The notes beneath the pieces are model-generated. The model did not search any database. It was not told where the DNA came from and was given only the letters and a program-made list of their open reading frames with translations. A program made the position numbers and the translations under genes. Below are positions 39,767-50,231 of a DNA stretch of 64,000 nucleotides, one piece after another. The DNA comes from an uncultured Bacteriovoracaceae bacterium (GTDB lineage Bacteria > Bdellovibrionota > Bacteriovoracia > Bacteriovoracales > Bacteriovoracaceae): NCBI GenBank assembly GCA_964012805.1, contig CAXGUD010000007.1, forward strand, positions 1 through 64,000, read 5' to 3'. The number at the start of each line of letters is the position of its first letter. Positions within the stretch are counted from its first letter, which is position 1.

Positions 39767-41494
39767 GTGCTCAATTCAAGAAATATGATCTCTCTTATGG
39801 CAGTAGAATCTGAGGCCTATGCCCATTTTGATATGCTTGAAAAGTACGTACAAGAAGGAAAGGATCTTTCAGACCTACCAATTCAGCCTCTTTATATGAT
39901 GATGAGGTCAAGGCCTTATGAAGAAATAGCGGTCTTTCTTTCTAAGTGTAGTCCTACCCAGAGAAAAATTTTTTTGGATTTGGATCTATGGCAAAGAGAC
40001 GACTTGGACTTGGAAAATTTTAATTTTTGGCTTATGGCCTATTCAAGTTGTCCAGAAGAAACAATAAGGCTTGAATTTGCTAAAAGCTCTGAGTTTTCAA
40101 TTTACTTGAAATCAAAGTTTAATATTTGGACTTTTGATATTGAAGACCCTCAATATCCAGATCATGATAGATATTTCTTAACAGAAGATAACCTTCTTCT
40201 TTTTGAATTTGATGAGGACTTTGACTGTGTTAACGAAATAAAGAGAGTTATTCTTGATCTTTATTCACAAGAGGGTGTTGAGAAAGCCTACACAATACTT
40301 TTTAAGATTGTATCTGAAAATTTCCTTACAATGCAGGAAGAAGAATTTCGGTTTAAAAAAGAAAGGCTGAGAGATATTGGTTTTGTTGATTATTATGATG
40401 CACTAGATTTAGATTCTCCTTTTCCAAATCTTGATATCTTAATTAATTTTATAAAAAAGAAATCAAAAACTGAAGCCGAAATAAGTAATTTTGGAAAAAA
40501 CCAGTTGCTACCAAAATCATCACTCATATCTTTTAAGGATAAAATTGGTCCTTTGGAGGATGAGCTCCAAAAAGTAAGAACTGAAAAAAGAGAAGACTTT
40601 TTAAGGTTTAATTTCTTAAGGCTAGTGAATGGTATGATGGAGTTAGATAGTTCTTTGAAAGAAGGATCTGTCGCTCTTTTAAGGACTGGAAGTAGAACTA
40701 AAAATACACTTCTTCTGGGATTGGACTATCTTAAGAAACTATCTTTGGATGGCATTTTTTCTGTTAGTGAAGAAAGCAGTTTACTTGAAGTTTTTGATTT
40801 TAGTGACCTTTACAGGGTTGGAAACACTCTTTTAAAAATTGAGCAAAAAAAGCTTAAGAAGGCTTTAAGAGGATCTCCTTTCGAGGGCGATAAAGATGAG
40901 TTTTTAGGAAGTATTGTAAGTGAGAATCTTCACTTATCCTTTGAGAACCCAATAAAATTTAAATCACCTTATTTAGGTTTGAGTACAAAGCCCTTGGATT
41001 TATGTGATGTTAAAACTTATGAAGAGTGGCGTGAGTTCGTTACTTTAATAAGTTCTCTAATACCTTTTGGTGTTAAGTTTTATGAAATTTATCAAAAGCT
41101 TGCAAAATCGGGAGCCATCTGTAACGGGTATTACTTAAATTACTCCGTTGAAGATTTGACATTTGAGTCATTAGTCATGAGTGCATTTGCAAATTTTAAG
41201 CTTGGCTTTTTTGAAAAAGGACAAGAAAACAAAATGGGGATTACTCTTGATGAATATAAAATATTTGTTCAGGGGCTTTTGGATGAGAATCTAAAAATTA
41301 AAAACTCTGACGAATTAAAGAAATCCATTGATGATTTTATTTTAGCTTTTGGTCTAAATAAAATAAAAGACTTTGAATCACTTTTCATTTTTTATCTTAA
41401 GCAAGAATTAGAAGATGCAGATCTTTCGGAATTAACTGACGAAGAGTTTAAGCATGTAGGAGGCCCTATTATATTAAACTCTTTAACTGAATGA
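39767..41494 (+). CDS. Conserved hypothetical protein (DUF6178-like)
   Basis: LDLDLW, EEEFRFKKERLRDIGF motifs recalled from this family. Confidence 0.6.
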   Translation: MLNSRNMISLMAVESEAYAHFDMLEKYVQEGKDLSDLPIQPLYMMMRSRPYEEIAVFLSKCSPTQRKIFLDLDLWQRDDLDLENFNFWLMAYSSCPEETIRLEFAKSSEFSIYLKSKFNIWTFDIEDPQYPDHDRYFLTEDNLLLFEFDEDFDCVNEIKRVILDLYSQEGVEKAYTILFKIVSENFLTMQEEEFRFKKERLRDIGFVDYYDALDLDSPFPNLDILINFIKKKSKTEAEISNFGKNQLLPKSSLISFKDKIGPLEDELQKVRTEKREDFLRFNFLRLVNGMMELDSSLKEGSVALLRTGSRTKNTLLLGLDYLKKLSLDGIFSVSEESSLLEVFDFSDLYRVGNTLLKIEQKKLKKALRGSPFEGDKDEFLGSIVSENLHLSFENPIKFKSPYLGLSTKPLDLCDVKTYEEWREFVTLISSLIPFGVKFYEIYQKLAKSGAICNGYYLNYSVEDLTFESLVMSAFANFKLGFFEKGQENKMGITLDEYKIFVQGLLDENLKIKNSDELKKSIDDFILAFGLNKIKDFESLFIFYLKQELEDADLSELTDEEFKHVGGPIILNSLTE

Positions 41495-41866
41495 ATAAGC
41501 TTTATTGAATATTTCAGAAAGGGCATTATGGAATACCCCATTTTCTGTACATGTCCTTCTTATAACCTCTCTTTTTGTTTTTTGTACTCTTAGTTTTTCC
41601 TGCTGAATGAGAGAAGCCTTTTGATCATAGTTTTCTAAATTAGGCAAAGTATCATGGAAAAGGCTATAAATTTTTTTAACCCTTTTTCTTTCATCTTCTA
41701 AAAAGTTGAGAACTTCCATATAATCAATTGATGGTATCGTATTTCTTTTTTGATAACCCTTTTTTAATGAAGGTTCAGTCCAAAATTGTATGAGTTCCGC
41801 AAAGCCTTTAAGTTCACTTAAATCATCTGTGGTTAATTTTGTGAGAAGTGATTCTTTTTCACTCAA
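41483..41866 (-). CDS. Hypothetical protein
   Basis: 127-aa ORF coupled to the upstream ORF (GGAGG RBS). Confidence 0.65.
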   Translation of the reverse strand: MSEKESLLTKLTTDDLSELKGFAELIQFWTEPSLKKGYQKRNTIPSIDYMEVLNFLEDERKRVKKIYSLFHDTLPNLENYDQKASLIQQEKLRVQKTKREVIRRTCTENGVFHNALSEIFNKAYSFS

Positions 41867-41868
41867 TT

Positions 41869-42369
41869 CTACACCTCCTTATCGGTGGTTTCGTCCAAGA
41901 TATTTTGAAAAAAGTTAAACTCACTAGTTAGGTTGAATAATACTCTTTGTTTTTTTGCGTTTTCTTTGATGAAATTTAGTTTTTTGAATTCATCGATGTT
42001 ACTAATTCTTTCTGCATTAAGTAGAATTTTTTTTAATGAATCGAGTTCTCTCGCTTTTAATTTTTGTAGATCTTTTTTAAAAAATACTGGGAGCTCTTTT
42101 TTGGATTTAAATATAATATTTTTTGTTCCAAAACTTTTTTCGGTTGAGCTGATAATATAAACTGGGTAGGGAAAGAATAGATTGAACTTCCTATCTTTTA
42201 TGATATCAAAGAAAAGAGAAATGAATTTTTCTTGCAGCTGTTCTTCTAGGTCATTAAGAAAAAAATAAATAGGGATAGTTCCGAATTTTAAGTTTTCAAT
42301 AATGACTTTCCACGACTCAATGTCTTTTTTATCGATTCGAATTTCTTCATAGAATGGTAATTTAATCAT
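41869..42369 (-). CDS. Hypothetical protein
   Basis: 166-aa ORF; PYPVYI motif. Confidence 0.7.
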   Translation of the reverse strand: MIKLPFYEEIRIDKKDIESWKVIIENLKFGTIPIYFFLNDLEEQLQEKFISLFFDIIKDRKFNLFFPYPVYIISSTEKSFGTKNIIFKSKKELPVFFKKDLQKLKARELDSLKKILLNAERISNIDEFKKLNFIKENAKKQRVLFNLTSEFNFFQNILDETTDKEV

Positions 42370-42429
42370 GGTAATATTATATTTGAAAAAACAGTCCTTC
42401 TTTTAAAAAAAAACCTGGGGAAAAAATGT

Positions 42430-43131
42430 ATGGAATTAGGTAAGGAAAAAGGTCAGGGGATTGCGAGTAACCAATTCATTTCTTTAAGTTTACCTAATGA
42501 TTTTACTCATCTTTTAAAGATAGATATCCATAAAAAGGGTTCTCTTATTAATTATTTAAACTCTTATATTTTAGATAGGCCAAGCCTTTATGTTCTTGTG
42601 GAAAAATATTTAGCTAAGAGCAGCAGTGGAGATAGTTTGGAGGGCTTTTTGCACTCTACAAGTTGGTACAACTTACGGGCCAAAATCGCCTCTATTTATA
42701 TAGGTTATAAAGAGGGAGGAGCTTGGCCAGAAAAGGTCGACCCATCATACGTCGATGAATTACTTCTTTTTGAAGAAAAAATTAAAAAATATTCGGTAGA
42801 TGGTTATTCCAGAGGCTTCCTTTTCGCATTCTATTTGAAAATGATTCAGGTTCATATGAAAGAAATAAACTCTTTTTTCCCTTTATCGATAATTAATTTG
42901 TTACCTTTGACTAAATCAAAGTCTATTAAAATAGATTGGCTTTTGTTTATTCTTTTTAAGTTTCAGCAATTTTTTGGAGAAGAGAAATTAATTAAAAATT
43001 TAAAAATGGGAATACCTTTTGAGAAGAACTTTGGCTCCTTATCTGCTGATCAGAAAGAGGATTTTTATAATGATGGTTTAAGCTATTCTTATTCAATTAA
43101 TGATAAGGAAACCCTTTTAAATCTCTTCTAA
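42430..43131 (+). CDS. Hypothetical protein
   Basis: 233-aa ORF filling the space between divergent and convergent genes. Confidence 0.7.
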   Translation: MELGKEKGQGIASNQFISLSLPNDFTHLLKIDIHKKGSLINYLNSYILDRPSLYVLVEKYLAKSSSGDSLEGFLHSTSWYNLRAKIASIYIGYKEGGAWPEKVDPSYVDELLLFEEKIKKYSVDGYSRGFLFAFYLKMIQVHMKEINSFFPLSIINLLPLTKSKSIKIDWLLFILFKFQQFFGEEKLIKNLKMGIPFEKNFGSLSADQKEDFYNDGLSYSYSINDKETLLNLF

Positions 43132-43851
43132 CCTTTTGTACTTTTCATTAATTTTTTTTTCATTTAGAGGTGGAAGAATAGAATTTTCGCTTAAAGTTGA
43201 GTACTTAAGGGCATTTTCTTTATCAACTCTTTGTTTGTTTTTTCCGAATCCTTTTTCGATAATAGACTCTTTTAAATTGTCATAATTTGTTTTTATCCTG
43301 AAGCGGCTTGTTTTCTTTTTTTCTTTTAGGTTTGAGTAATCAACAGGCTTTTTTCTTTTGGGTCTTTCCATATCATTAATGGCAGAAAAATCTCCCTTTG
43401 GCTTTTGTGAAAGAAATCTTGTTGCAAAAGTTCGTTTACTTTTAGATCTATTTGACACCACTATCTTGTCTTCCTTCCCAGAAAACGTTTCGCTTTTAAA
43501 AACTTTTTTAGTGATGTCATTTGTAAGTATAACCTTCTTAGTAATTATTAAATTTAAAACTCGTCCCTTTTCAACTATCTTTTTATTTCTGTATTTAAAT
43601 ACTGACCATAAAGACCTTGTTGGAGATGCTTTAATCAAAGTGGCTCTCGCAACTAAATTTTCAGAGTTTAGAAAAAACTTGGCTTGGTCACCTTTTTTAA
43701 GACCATTTTCCAATCCTTTATTTATTAATAATGTCCTTTTAGTTTTTGAAAAATTTATTATTGAAAACAGAAGTTTTTTGTCAACTTCTAAGGAGAAACT
43801 ATTTTGTTGGATTAAAAAAGTTAAGCATAAAAGAATTAGTAGTTTTTTCAT
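43117..43851 (-). CDS. Secreted hypothetical protein
   Basis: Signal peptide; INKGLENGLKKGD beta-domain motif. Confidence 0.7.
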   Translation of the reverse strand: MKKLLILLCLTFLIQQNSFSLEVDKKLLFSIINFSKTKRTLLINKGLENGLKKGDQAKFFLNSENLVARATLIKASPTRSLWSVFKYRNKKIVEKGRVLNLIITKKVILTNDITKKVFKSETFSGKEDKIVVSNRSKSKRTFATRFLSQKPKGDFSAINDMERPKRKKPVDYSNLKEKKKTSRFRIKTNYDNLKESIIEKGFGKNKQRVDKENALKYSTLSENSILPPLNEKKINEKYKRLEEI

Positions 43852-44282
43852 AAGTTTTTAATACTGACAATTTTACCAGGGAAACCTGTTACTTTTACTT
43901 TTACCTGTTTATAAAGTGGATTCCAATTGTTGGTTTCTATAACATATTGTGGAGACATAATGACATCGGCACGACTTGTTCTAATCGCATTGTAAGCTGC
44001 TGCCGACTTAACCGAATGGGTAAGACTAAAAATTCTTTCAAAAAAAGGTGTTTCCTTTTGATTATAAGAGACGCCATCGCCAAACCTATCGTCTCCACTA
44101 ATTTTAAAAAGGTGGAATAAATAGACACCAGAAGCGTATCCGATGAGTTTTTTTGATGTATCCACTTCAATAACTGCTTTTAAATCACTTTTTACGCTAA
44201 TTTCAACAGAAGAATTGAGGTGACTTTTTTTTATAGAAGTACAGCCAAAAGATAAGAGAAAAATTATAAATATTTTTTTCAT
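43848..44282 (-). CDS. Hypothetical lipoprotein
   Basis: MKKIFIIFLLSFGC lipobox; KSAAAYNA..ADVIMSPQY. Confidence 0.7.
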   Translation of the reverse strand: MKKIFIIFLLSFGCTSIKKSHLNSSVEISVKSDLKAVIEVDTSKKLIGYASGVYLFHLFKISGDDRFGDGVSYNQKETPFFERIFSLTHSVKSAAAYNAIRTSRADVIMSPQYVIETNNWNPLYKQVKVKVTGFPGKIVSIKNL

Positions 44283-44461
44283 TTCTGACGATATCCTCAT
44301 AGGTAGATAAGTCTTAGGAAAATTTTGAATAATGGGAGTAGGTCTGTCAAATTTTCTTTAAAAAGATTGTTCGAATAGTTGATTTGGAAGTGCGGATAAG
44401 AGAACGATCTTATTTATTGAAAATTTAATTAAAGGTTTTAAAATAAGAATGATACTTTAGT

Positions 44462-44875
44462 ATGGGAGTCATGGAGATGTTTAGTAAAGAGACAAAATTC
44501 TTAATCGTAGATGATATGCTTACTGCAAGGAAGTTTATTACCAAAAATCTTCGAGAGCTTGGCTATACTGAGTTCATTGAAGCTAGAAATGGGGAAGTTG
44601 CTTGGCAGATATTGTCGAAAGAAGATACTGAAATTGACTTCATTATTTCAGATTACGATATGCCTGTTATGTCTGGTTTTGAACTTCTTAAAAAAGTTAG
44701 AGCTTCCGAAAAGTTAAAAGAAACGATATTTTTAATGATTACGGCAGTCGGGCAAGAAAATAAGATGATGGAAGTTCTCGATGCTGGAGTTAATAACTAT
44801 CTTATCAAACCATTTGATAAAGAAGTCCTGGCAGAGAAACTAGAGTCTACTTGGGAAAGTATAAACAATAGGTAA
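44462..44875 (+). CDS. CheY-like response regulator
   Basis: FLIVDD, ISDYDMP, LMITA and YLIKPF motifs. Confidence 0.9.
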   Translation: MGVMEMFSKETKFLIVDDMLTARKFITKNLRELGYTEFIEARNGEVAWQILSKEDTEIDFIISDYDMPVMSGFELLKKVRASEKLKETIFLMITAVGQENKMMEVLDAGVNNYLIKPFDKEVLAEKLESTWESINNR

Positions 44876-44924
44876 AAGATTAATTTTTTTAAATTATTCT
44901 CGTGAAAGCTTTCTACGATTAATT

Positions 44925-46256
44925 TTATTTTATAATATAGGCGTCCAACCAGTTTTCTTCAGAAACGAAACGTATTCGGATGGCGCCTTTTTTTCCAACT
45001 GCGTCCGCAATTTCATCTCTTGTTTTTAATATTTCAATAGAAGAGGGAGCGATCTTGTTATCTTCAGTCGATTTTAACTTTGCTCCATCAATAATCTTTT
45101 CAATATGTAATGATAATTCTCTCGCAGGAATAGAGGACGGGTTATCCTCAAGAATCTTTTTTATAGTTTTTTCGGAGTAAGCAAACAGGAGTCCCCCTTT
45201 AAATTTAGGATCGAAAAAGCGAATTAGAGATGCAAATTGCACTGTTGGATCATCAAACTTTATGCAAAGTCTAGGTCTTTCAACAATGACATTCTTTCCC
45301 TCATTCTCCTTGAAGAGTTCTGAGCCAGCGGCCAGAAAAGGGTTAATGACATTAACATTCATTTTCATCCCAGCTCCACCGCCTTGGCTTCCACCACTGG
45401 AAGGTTGGGAGGCTGGTTTATTTTTCTTTTTAACGTCAATATTAATTGTTTTTAAAGCGTCTTGAAGGTCTTTTCTTGGATTAAAGGTTCTGTCTATACC
45501 CTTGTTTTGAAGAACTGTTAAGAGCTCTGAAGGTACATTTATAGACGATATAGGCAGTTTATTTTTTTCAGACTCTTTACAGTATTCCATGAGGACCTTT
45601 ATTTCTTTGTCGCTCATTCTTTCTTTTGACTTTTTGAAATCTAAAATTTGAATCATAACATTATTGTTAAGAAGAGCACTGTTAAGAGATTTGAATTCAT
45701 TAAAAAGTGCTGCATCCATTTCATTAGGAATATAGATATAGTAGATACCCTTTTTGAAAGCCGTTTTTAAAGATTTTGGTCCTTCTGGATATGAGCTCTT
45801 TATCAAGTTAACAAAATCCGTTCCTAAGCTTGATCTATATCTTTCTTTATTAATAAATTTAACTTCACTATCATTTCCCATGATTTCTTCATCTTCTGCG
45901 GAGATATCATCCCCTACTACCAGGACAGGAGTTGTAAGGTATAATTTATCGCATCGTGTTTTCCCAAGTATATCCTTCGGGTTTGTGAGGCCTTCGTCCG
46001 CAAATTGATTGCTTGTGTTAATAATGAGGATGAAGTTGTATGGCAGGAGCTTGTCTGCGCCTAAGATCAGCTTTTCTCTAGCAAGCTTGATTGTAGGAGA
46101 AAAGTCTGTAATTTCTACTTTTAATTCTTCAAAAATTTCTTTGGCCTGGTTAACCATTTCTCTGTCATTGGATATGATCATGGTTCTGAGTTTACTAGCG
46201 TATTTTTCATCAAAGTTTTGGTCTTCCATGAATTTCCTCTTTTTAAAAAATGCCAT
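44925..46256 (-). CDS. Multidomain signalling protein (degenerate REC, STAS-like, CheX-like)
   Basis: MNVNVINPFL resembles the CheX N-terminus; central STAS-like pattern. Confidence 0.5.
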   Translation of the reverse strand: MAFFKKRKFMEDQNFDEKYASKLRTMIISNDREMVNQAKEIFEELKVEITDFSPTIKLAREKLILGADKLLPYNFILIINTSNQFADEGLTNPKDILGKTRCDKLYLTTPVLVVGDDISAEDEEIMGNDSEVKFINKERYRSSLGTDFVNLIKSSYPEGPKSLKTAFKKGIYYIYIPNEMDAALFNEFKSLNSALLNNNVMIQILDFKKSKERMSDKEIKVLMEYCKESEKNKLPISSINVPSELLTVLQNKGIDRTFNPRKDLQDALKTINIDVKKKNKPASQPSSGGSQGGGAGMKMNVNVINPFLAAGSELFKENEGKNVIVERPRLCIKFDDPTVQFASLIRFFDPKFKGGLLFAYSEKTIKKILEDNPSSIPARELSLHIEKIIDGAKLKSTEDNKIAPSSIEILKTRDEIADAVGKKGAIRIRFVSEENWLDAYIIK

Positions 46257-46491
46257 CCTCTCTTATTTTAAGCTAATTAGTTTTTCTTTTTAAGGGGTAT
46301 GAATGTGACACTTTTAGTAATTTTCCTATTTTGTTGTGAGTTAACCATCTAAAAAAAAATAAGTTGACACTTTAACTTTATTTTAAGAACACTGTTTACT
46401 TACTTTTTTTTTACCCACCTCTTTGGAAGGAGGGTTAATTAAAAATAATTAATAAATAAAATCAAGACTTTTTTAAATAAGGGAGTAGAAA

Positions 46492-46845
46492 ATGTCTCAA
46501 AAAGTAGAAGCTTTAGGAATGATCGAAACGAGAGGTTTTGTCGCTATGGTAGAAGCCTCTGATGCAATGGTTAAAGCTGCTAATGTTCAGCTTGTGCGTT
46601 ATGAGAAAACTGGTGGTGGTTTTACAACTGCTGTCATAAGAGGAGACGTCGCTGCTGTTAAAGCCGCTATTGAAGCCGGTGAAAGGGCCGCTGAAAAAGT
46701 TGGGGAGCTTGTTTCTGTTCATGTCATTCCTAGACCTCATGCGAATGTTGATCTTGCTCTTCCACTTGGTGGGAAACATGAAGGTGCTGGTTACCAGGGT
46801 TCTAGAAAAGAAGTTTATGTTCAATCTGAAGGACCAACTGCTTAA
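46492..46845 (+). CDS. BMC-H hexameric shell protein
   Basis: [23 protein letters not shown] and HVIPRPH motifs (PF00936). Confidence 0.97.
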   Translation: MSQKVEALGMIETRGFVAMVEASDAMVKAANVQLVRYEKTGGGFTTAVIRGDVAAVKAAIEAGERAAEKVGELVSVHVIPRPHANVDLALPLGGKHEGAGYQGSRKEVYVQSEGPTA

Positions 46846-46876
46846 GAGATTCATATTAAATTTGATCAAATATTTG

Positions 46877-46920
46877 GGGGAAGGGAAAGAGAAGAAAATC
46901 GACTCCCTTCCTCTTTTTTT
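46877..46920 (+). terminator. Internal terminator-like hairpin after BMC-H
   Basis: GGGGAAGGGA/TCCCTTCCTC stem followed by T7. Confidence 0.7.
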
Positions 46921-46965
46921 CTGTGGTCAATAGGAATATTAAAAAGGGACTTTAGGGAGCAATCA

Positions 46966-47256
46966 ATGCAAATTGGTAAAATTATTGGAACTGCCGTTTC
47001 TACAAAAAAAGATGAAAAACTAGAAGGGCTTCGTTTTCAAATAGTTGAATATATAGAGCCCTCTGGAGAGTCAACAGGTAACCATGTTATTGCAGTCGAC
47101 TCTGTGGGAGCAGGAGTAGGAGAAGTGGTTTTAGTCGCATGTGGTAGTTCTGCCCGTCTTACAAACACTTCAAAGGACAAACCAGTAGATGCCATTATAA
47201 TGGCGATTGTAGACTCTTTAGAAGGAGAAGGGAAAACCTATTACCAGAGCTACTAG
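46966..47256 (+). CDS. BMC-P pentameric vertex protein (EutN/CcmL)
   Basis: GTAVSTKK, AVDSVGAGVGE, GSSAR and DAIIMAIVD motifs. Confidence 0.96.
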   Translation: MQIGKIIGTAVSTKKDEKLEGLRFQIVEYIEPSGESTGNHVIAVDSVGAGVGEVVLVACGSSARLTNTSKDKPVDAIIMAIVDSLEGEGKTYYQSY

Positions 47257-47358
47257 AGTATTTATTCACGAGAAATTTTAATTAAGTCAGTTTAGATTCT
47301 TTGTTTGAAAGGTTTAAGCAATGAAGACAATTGAACGAAGATCCGGAGAAAGAACGCT

Positions 47359-48825
47359 ATGAATTTTACTGATCAACAAATTAACTCTATCGTTGATAAA
47401 GTCATAGGACAACTTTCAAACACGAAGGGAAGTCCTGCGGAAGCTGTTAAGGAGGGGACCAAGGAGAGTTCAAAGTCCATACCCTCCAATTATATCACCT
47501 ACCCTCAATCATCTGGAAAGTTAGGTTGTTTTCTCGATATTGATTCCGCTATAGAAGCGGCTAGAAAAGCTTTTGAGGAATACAAGCTGATACCCTTAAA
47601 GCAAAGAAAAAAAATAATCGAAGCAATAAGAGTAATATGCCTTGAAAATGTAGACGAGATGTCCAAACTTGCTGTTGAAGAAACTGGTTTAGGAAGAGTT
47701 GCAGATAAGGTAAATAAGAATATTCTTGCCATTGAAAAAACCCCAGGAGTAGAGGACCTAAAGCCTTATACTTATACTGGAGACGATGGTTTAACTCTTT
47801 TGGAAAGGGCACCTTTTGGTGTTATTGGAAGTGTAACACCTTGTACGAATCCTTCAGAGACCATTATAAATAACGGAATTGGTATGATTGCTGGTGGAAA
47901 CTCCGTTGCTTTCAATCCACACCCTTCCGCCAAAAAAGTCTCTGCCTTCACAGTGAGCCTTATGAACAAGGCGATAATATCTGAGGGGGGACCTCCAAAC
48001 CTTCTTACAACAGTTGCGAATCCAACTATTGAATCGGCCCAAAAATTAATGGTTCATCCAAAAATTCGACTCCTTGTCGTTACAGGTGGACCTCATGTTG
48101 TGAATCAAGCAATGAAATCTGGTAAAAGAGTTATTGCCGCAGGACCTGGTAACCCTCCTGTTGTTGTTGATGAAACAGCTGACTTGGATAAAGCAGGTTG
48201 TGACATCGTGAAAAGTGCAAGTTGCGATAACAATATTATTTGTGTTGTTGAAAAAGAAATTATTGTAACTCATGCAGCTGCTGAAGGTCTAAAGAAGTCT
48301 CTCATTAAGCATGGAGCCGTGGAGTTAAGCCCTTACCAAACAAGGCGTTTAGAGAAGGTTGTTCTTACAGAGAATAAAAAGGCTAACAAAAAATGGGTTG
48401 GTAAAGACGTTCAGGAAATTTTAAAAGAGATTGGAATGGACGTAGATCCATCAAAAAGGTTGGCTTTTATGGAAACCAAGGCCGATCATCCTTTTGCAGT
48501 TGAAGAACTGCTTATGCCTGTTATTCCTCTTATTAGAGTTAAAGATATAGATGAGGCGATAGAGCTTGCTTACAAACTCGAAAAAAACTGCTTTCATACA
48601 GCAGCGATCCACTCAAAAAATATAGATCATATGCATAAAATGGCGGTGAAGATGAACTGCTCAATTTTTGTAAAAAATGGACCTGCTCTTGCTGGACTAG
48701 CGATGGAGGGGGAAGGACCAACGACTTTTACAATTGCTTCTCCTACTGGTGAAGGAAACACGACGGCCCGTCACTTCACAAGAACAAGACGGTGCGTTTT
48801 ATCAGGAAATTTTAGAATCACCTGA
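47359..48825 (+). CDS. CoA-acylating aldehyde dehydrogenase (EutE/PduP-like) with N-terminal encapsulation peptide
   Basis: PCTNPSET, GPGNPP, DNNIIC and TIASPTGEG motifs; N-terminal helix QINSIVDKVIGQL. Confidence 0.95.
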   Translation: MNFTDQQINSIVDKVIGQLSNTKGSPAEAVKEGTKESSKSIPSNYITYPQSSGKLGCFLDIDSAIEAARKAFEEYKLIPLKQRKKIIEAIRVICLENVDEMSKLAVEETGLGRVADKVNKNILAIEKTPGVEDLKPYTYTGDDGLTLLERAPFGVIGSVTPCTNPSETIINNGIGMIAGGNSVAFNPHPSAKKVSAFTVSLMNKAIISEGGPPNLLTTVANPTIESAQKLMVHPKIRLLVVTGGPHVVNQAMKSGKRVIAAGPGNPPVVVDETADLDKAGCDIVKSASCDNNIICVVEKEIIVTHAAAEGLKKSLIKHGAVELSPYQTRRLEKVVLTENKKANKKWVGKDVQEILKEIGMDVDPSKRLAFMETKADHPFAVEELLMPVIPLIRVKDIDEAIELAYKLEKNCFHTAAIHSKNIDHMHKMAVKMNCSIFVKNGPALAGLAMEGEGPTTFTIASPTGEGNTTARHFTRTRRCVLSGNFRIT

Positions 48826-48863
48826 TAAATTTTAGATTTTAGTGTAAAGGAATGTTTTAATTA

Positions 48864-50231
48864 GTGAGACCAGAGAATAAAACCAAAGATATTATGCTAA
48901 GAATGAGAAATGCTGGCGTTGTTGGTACTGATAAATTGTCCGTGCCAACTTACGTTAAGTTATCATCTAAAGCCGATTTGGTCATAGCAAATGGAGCGGA
49001 GTCTGAGCCTCTTTTACATTCTGAAAAGTCCCTTCTCCATGAAAAACCAGAACTTATTATTGACGGCATAAAAATAGCTATGGAAGCTACTGGGGCGCCT
49101 AAAGCCGTGATAGCTGTTCGTTCTTCTGAGAAAGAAAGAATGAGGTCTCTTTACTCACTTTTAAAAGAAGAGAAGAACATAGATATCTTCTATTTGGAGG
49201 ATTTTTATCCATCTGGAGATGAACCTATCCTAGTTTACGAGGTGACTAAAAAATTGATTCCCGAAGGGAAGACACCTTTAGATAAGGGAATTGTTGTAGA
49301 GAAGCTTTTAAGTTTTGCTTGGATGTATCAAGGTTATCATGGGAAACCAGTTACAGAAAGACCGATAAGTGTTGTTGGCGAGGTCCAAAGACCTCAGGTC
49401 ACTTGGTTTCCAATTGGGACTCTTTACAAGGATATTTTAAATTTTGCAGGTGGAACAACAGTTGATCTAAAAAATGCTGTTGTTTTTGATGGAGGACCTC
49501 TTCAAGGTGAGGTTGTTAAGGACCTAAATATTGGTATAGGTAAAAATACATCAGCCGTCATGGTGTTACCTAAAGACCATAAAGTTTCAAAAGTAAAAAT
49601 GAAAAATTTAGAGGAAATGATCCTTCAAAATCAGGGAGTCAGTGGTGACAGCTCTATGATGGAAGACCTTTGTCCCCGCTATCAATTGGGGTATGATATT
49701 CATCCATCTGAGGTCATAAAAAGTCTTCATTTTCCTTTGATGATGAAACCTTCTTCTTTGAGATCAGCTTACTCATGTAACGACTGCTCATTATGTGAAT
49801 ATATGGGGTCCTCGACTTTAAATGAATCCCCTCGATTAATTTATAATGAATTTAAAAAAAATCTTGCTCGTCAGGAAAAGAAAGTTTCTTTAAAAAGTGG
49901 TGAGAAAGTAAATAAAGTAAGGTTAAACTACCATTATAACAAAGTTTCATGTTCTCACTTAATCAAGCAGGTTCAAGTTGAGAAGTATGATTCTTTTAAC
50001 CGCTCGATCCTTCCAAAAACAAACCCTCAAAAAGTTCGGGTACCAGTGACGAGGCACAAAGGAACTCCAGCTAAACCTGTCGTTGTTGAAGGTCAAACTT
50101 TGAAAATGGGAGATGTTATTGCTTTTTCTCCTCCCGGCGAATTGGGGACAACTTATCATGCCTCTATTCCTGGCAGAGTGAGTGAAATTAATGATCACTG
50201 GGTTGAGATTATTAAAGGGAGGAATTCATGA
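48864..50231 (+). CDS. PduS/RnfC-like flavoprotein, degenerate
   Basis: NGAESEPLL, YPSGDE, DGGP, DLCPR, CxxCxxC and HASIPGRV motifs. Confidence 0.85.
   Translation: MRPENKTKDIMLRMRNAGVVGTDKLSVPTYVKLSSKADLVIANGAESEPLLHSEKSLLHEKPELIIDGIKIAMEATGAPKAVIAVRSSEKERMRSLYSLLKEEKNIDIFYLEDFYPSGDEPILVYEVTKKLIPEGKTPLDKGIVVEKLLSFAWMYQGYHGKPVTERPISVVGEVQRPQVTWFPIGTLYKDILNFAGGTTVDLKNAVVFDGGPLQGEVVKDLNIGIGKNTSAVMVLPKDHKVSKVKMKNLEEMILQNQGVSGDSSMMEDLCPRYQLGYDIHPSEVIKSLHFPLMMKPSSLRSAYSCNDCSLCEYMGSSTLNESPRLIYNEFKKNLARQEKKVSLKSGEKVNKVRLNYHYNKVSCSHLIKQVQVEKYDSFNRSILPKTNPQKVRVPVTRHKGTPAKPVVVEGQTLKMGDVIAFSPPGELGTTYHASIPGRVSEINDHWVEIIKGRNS

Noticed and set aside
43358..43861. 167-aa antisense ORF, and similar shadow ORFs (1957, 25440, 29902, 46513, 61775)
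   Set aside because: They lie opposite well-supported genes and show the Phe/Leu/Ser bias typical of antisense frames.
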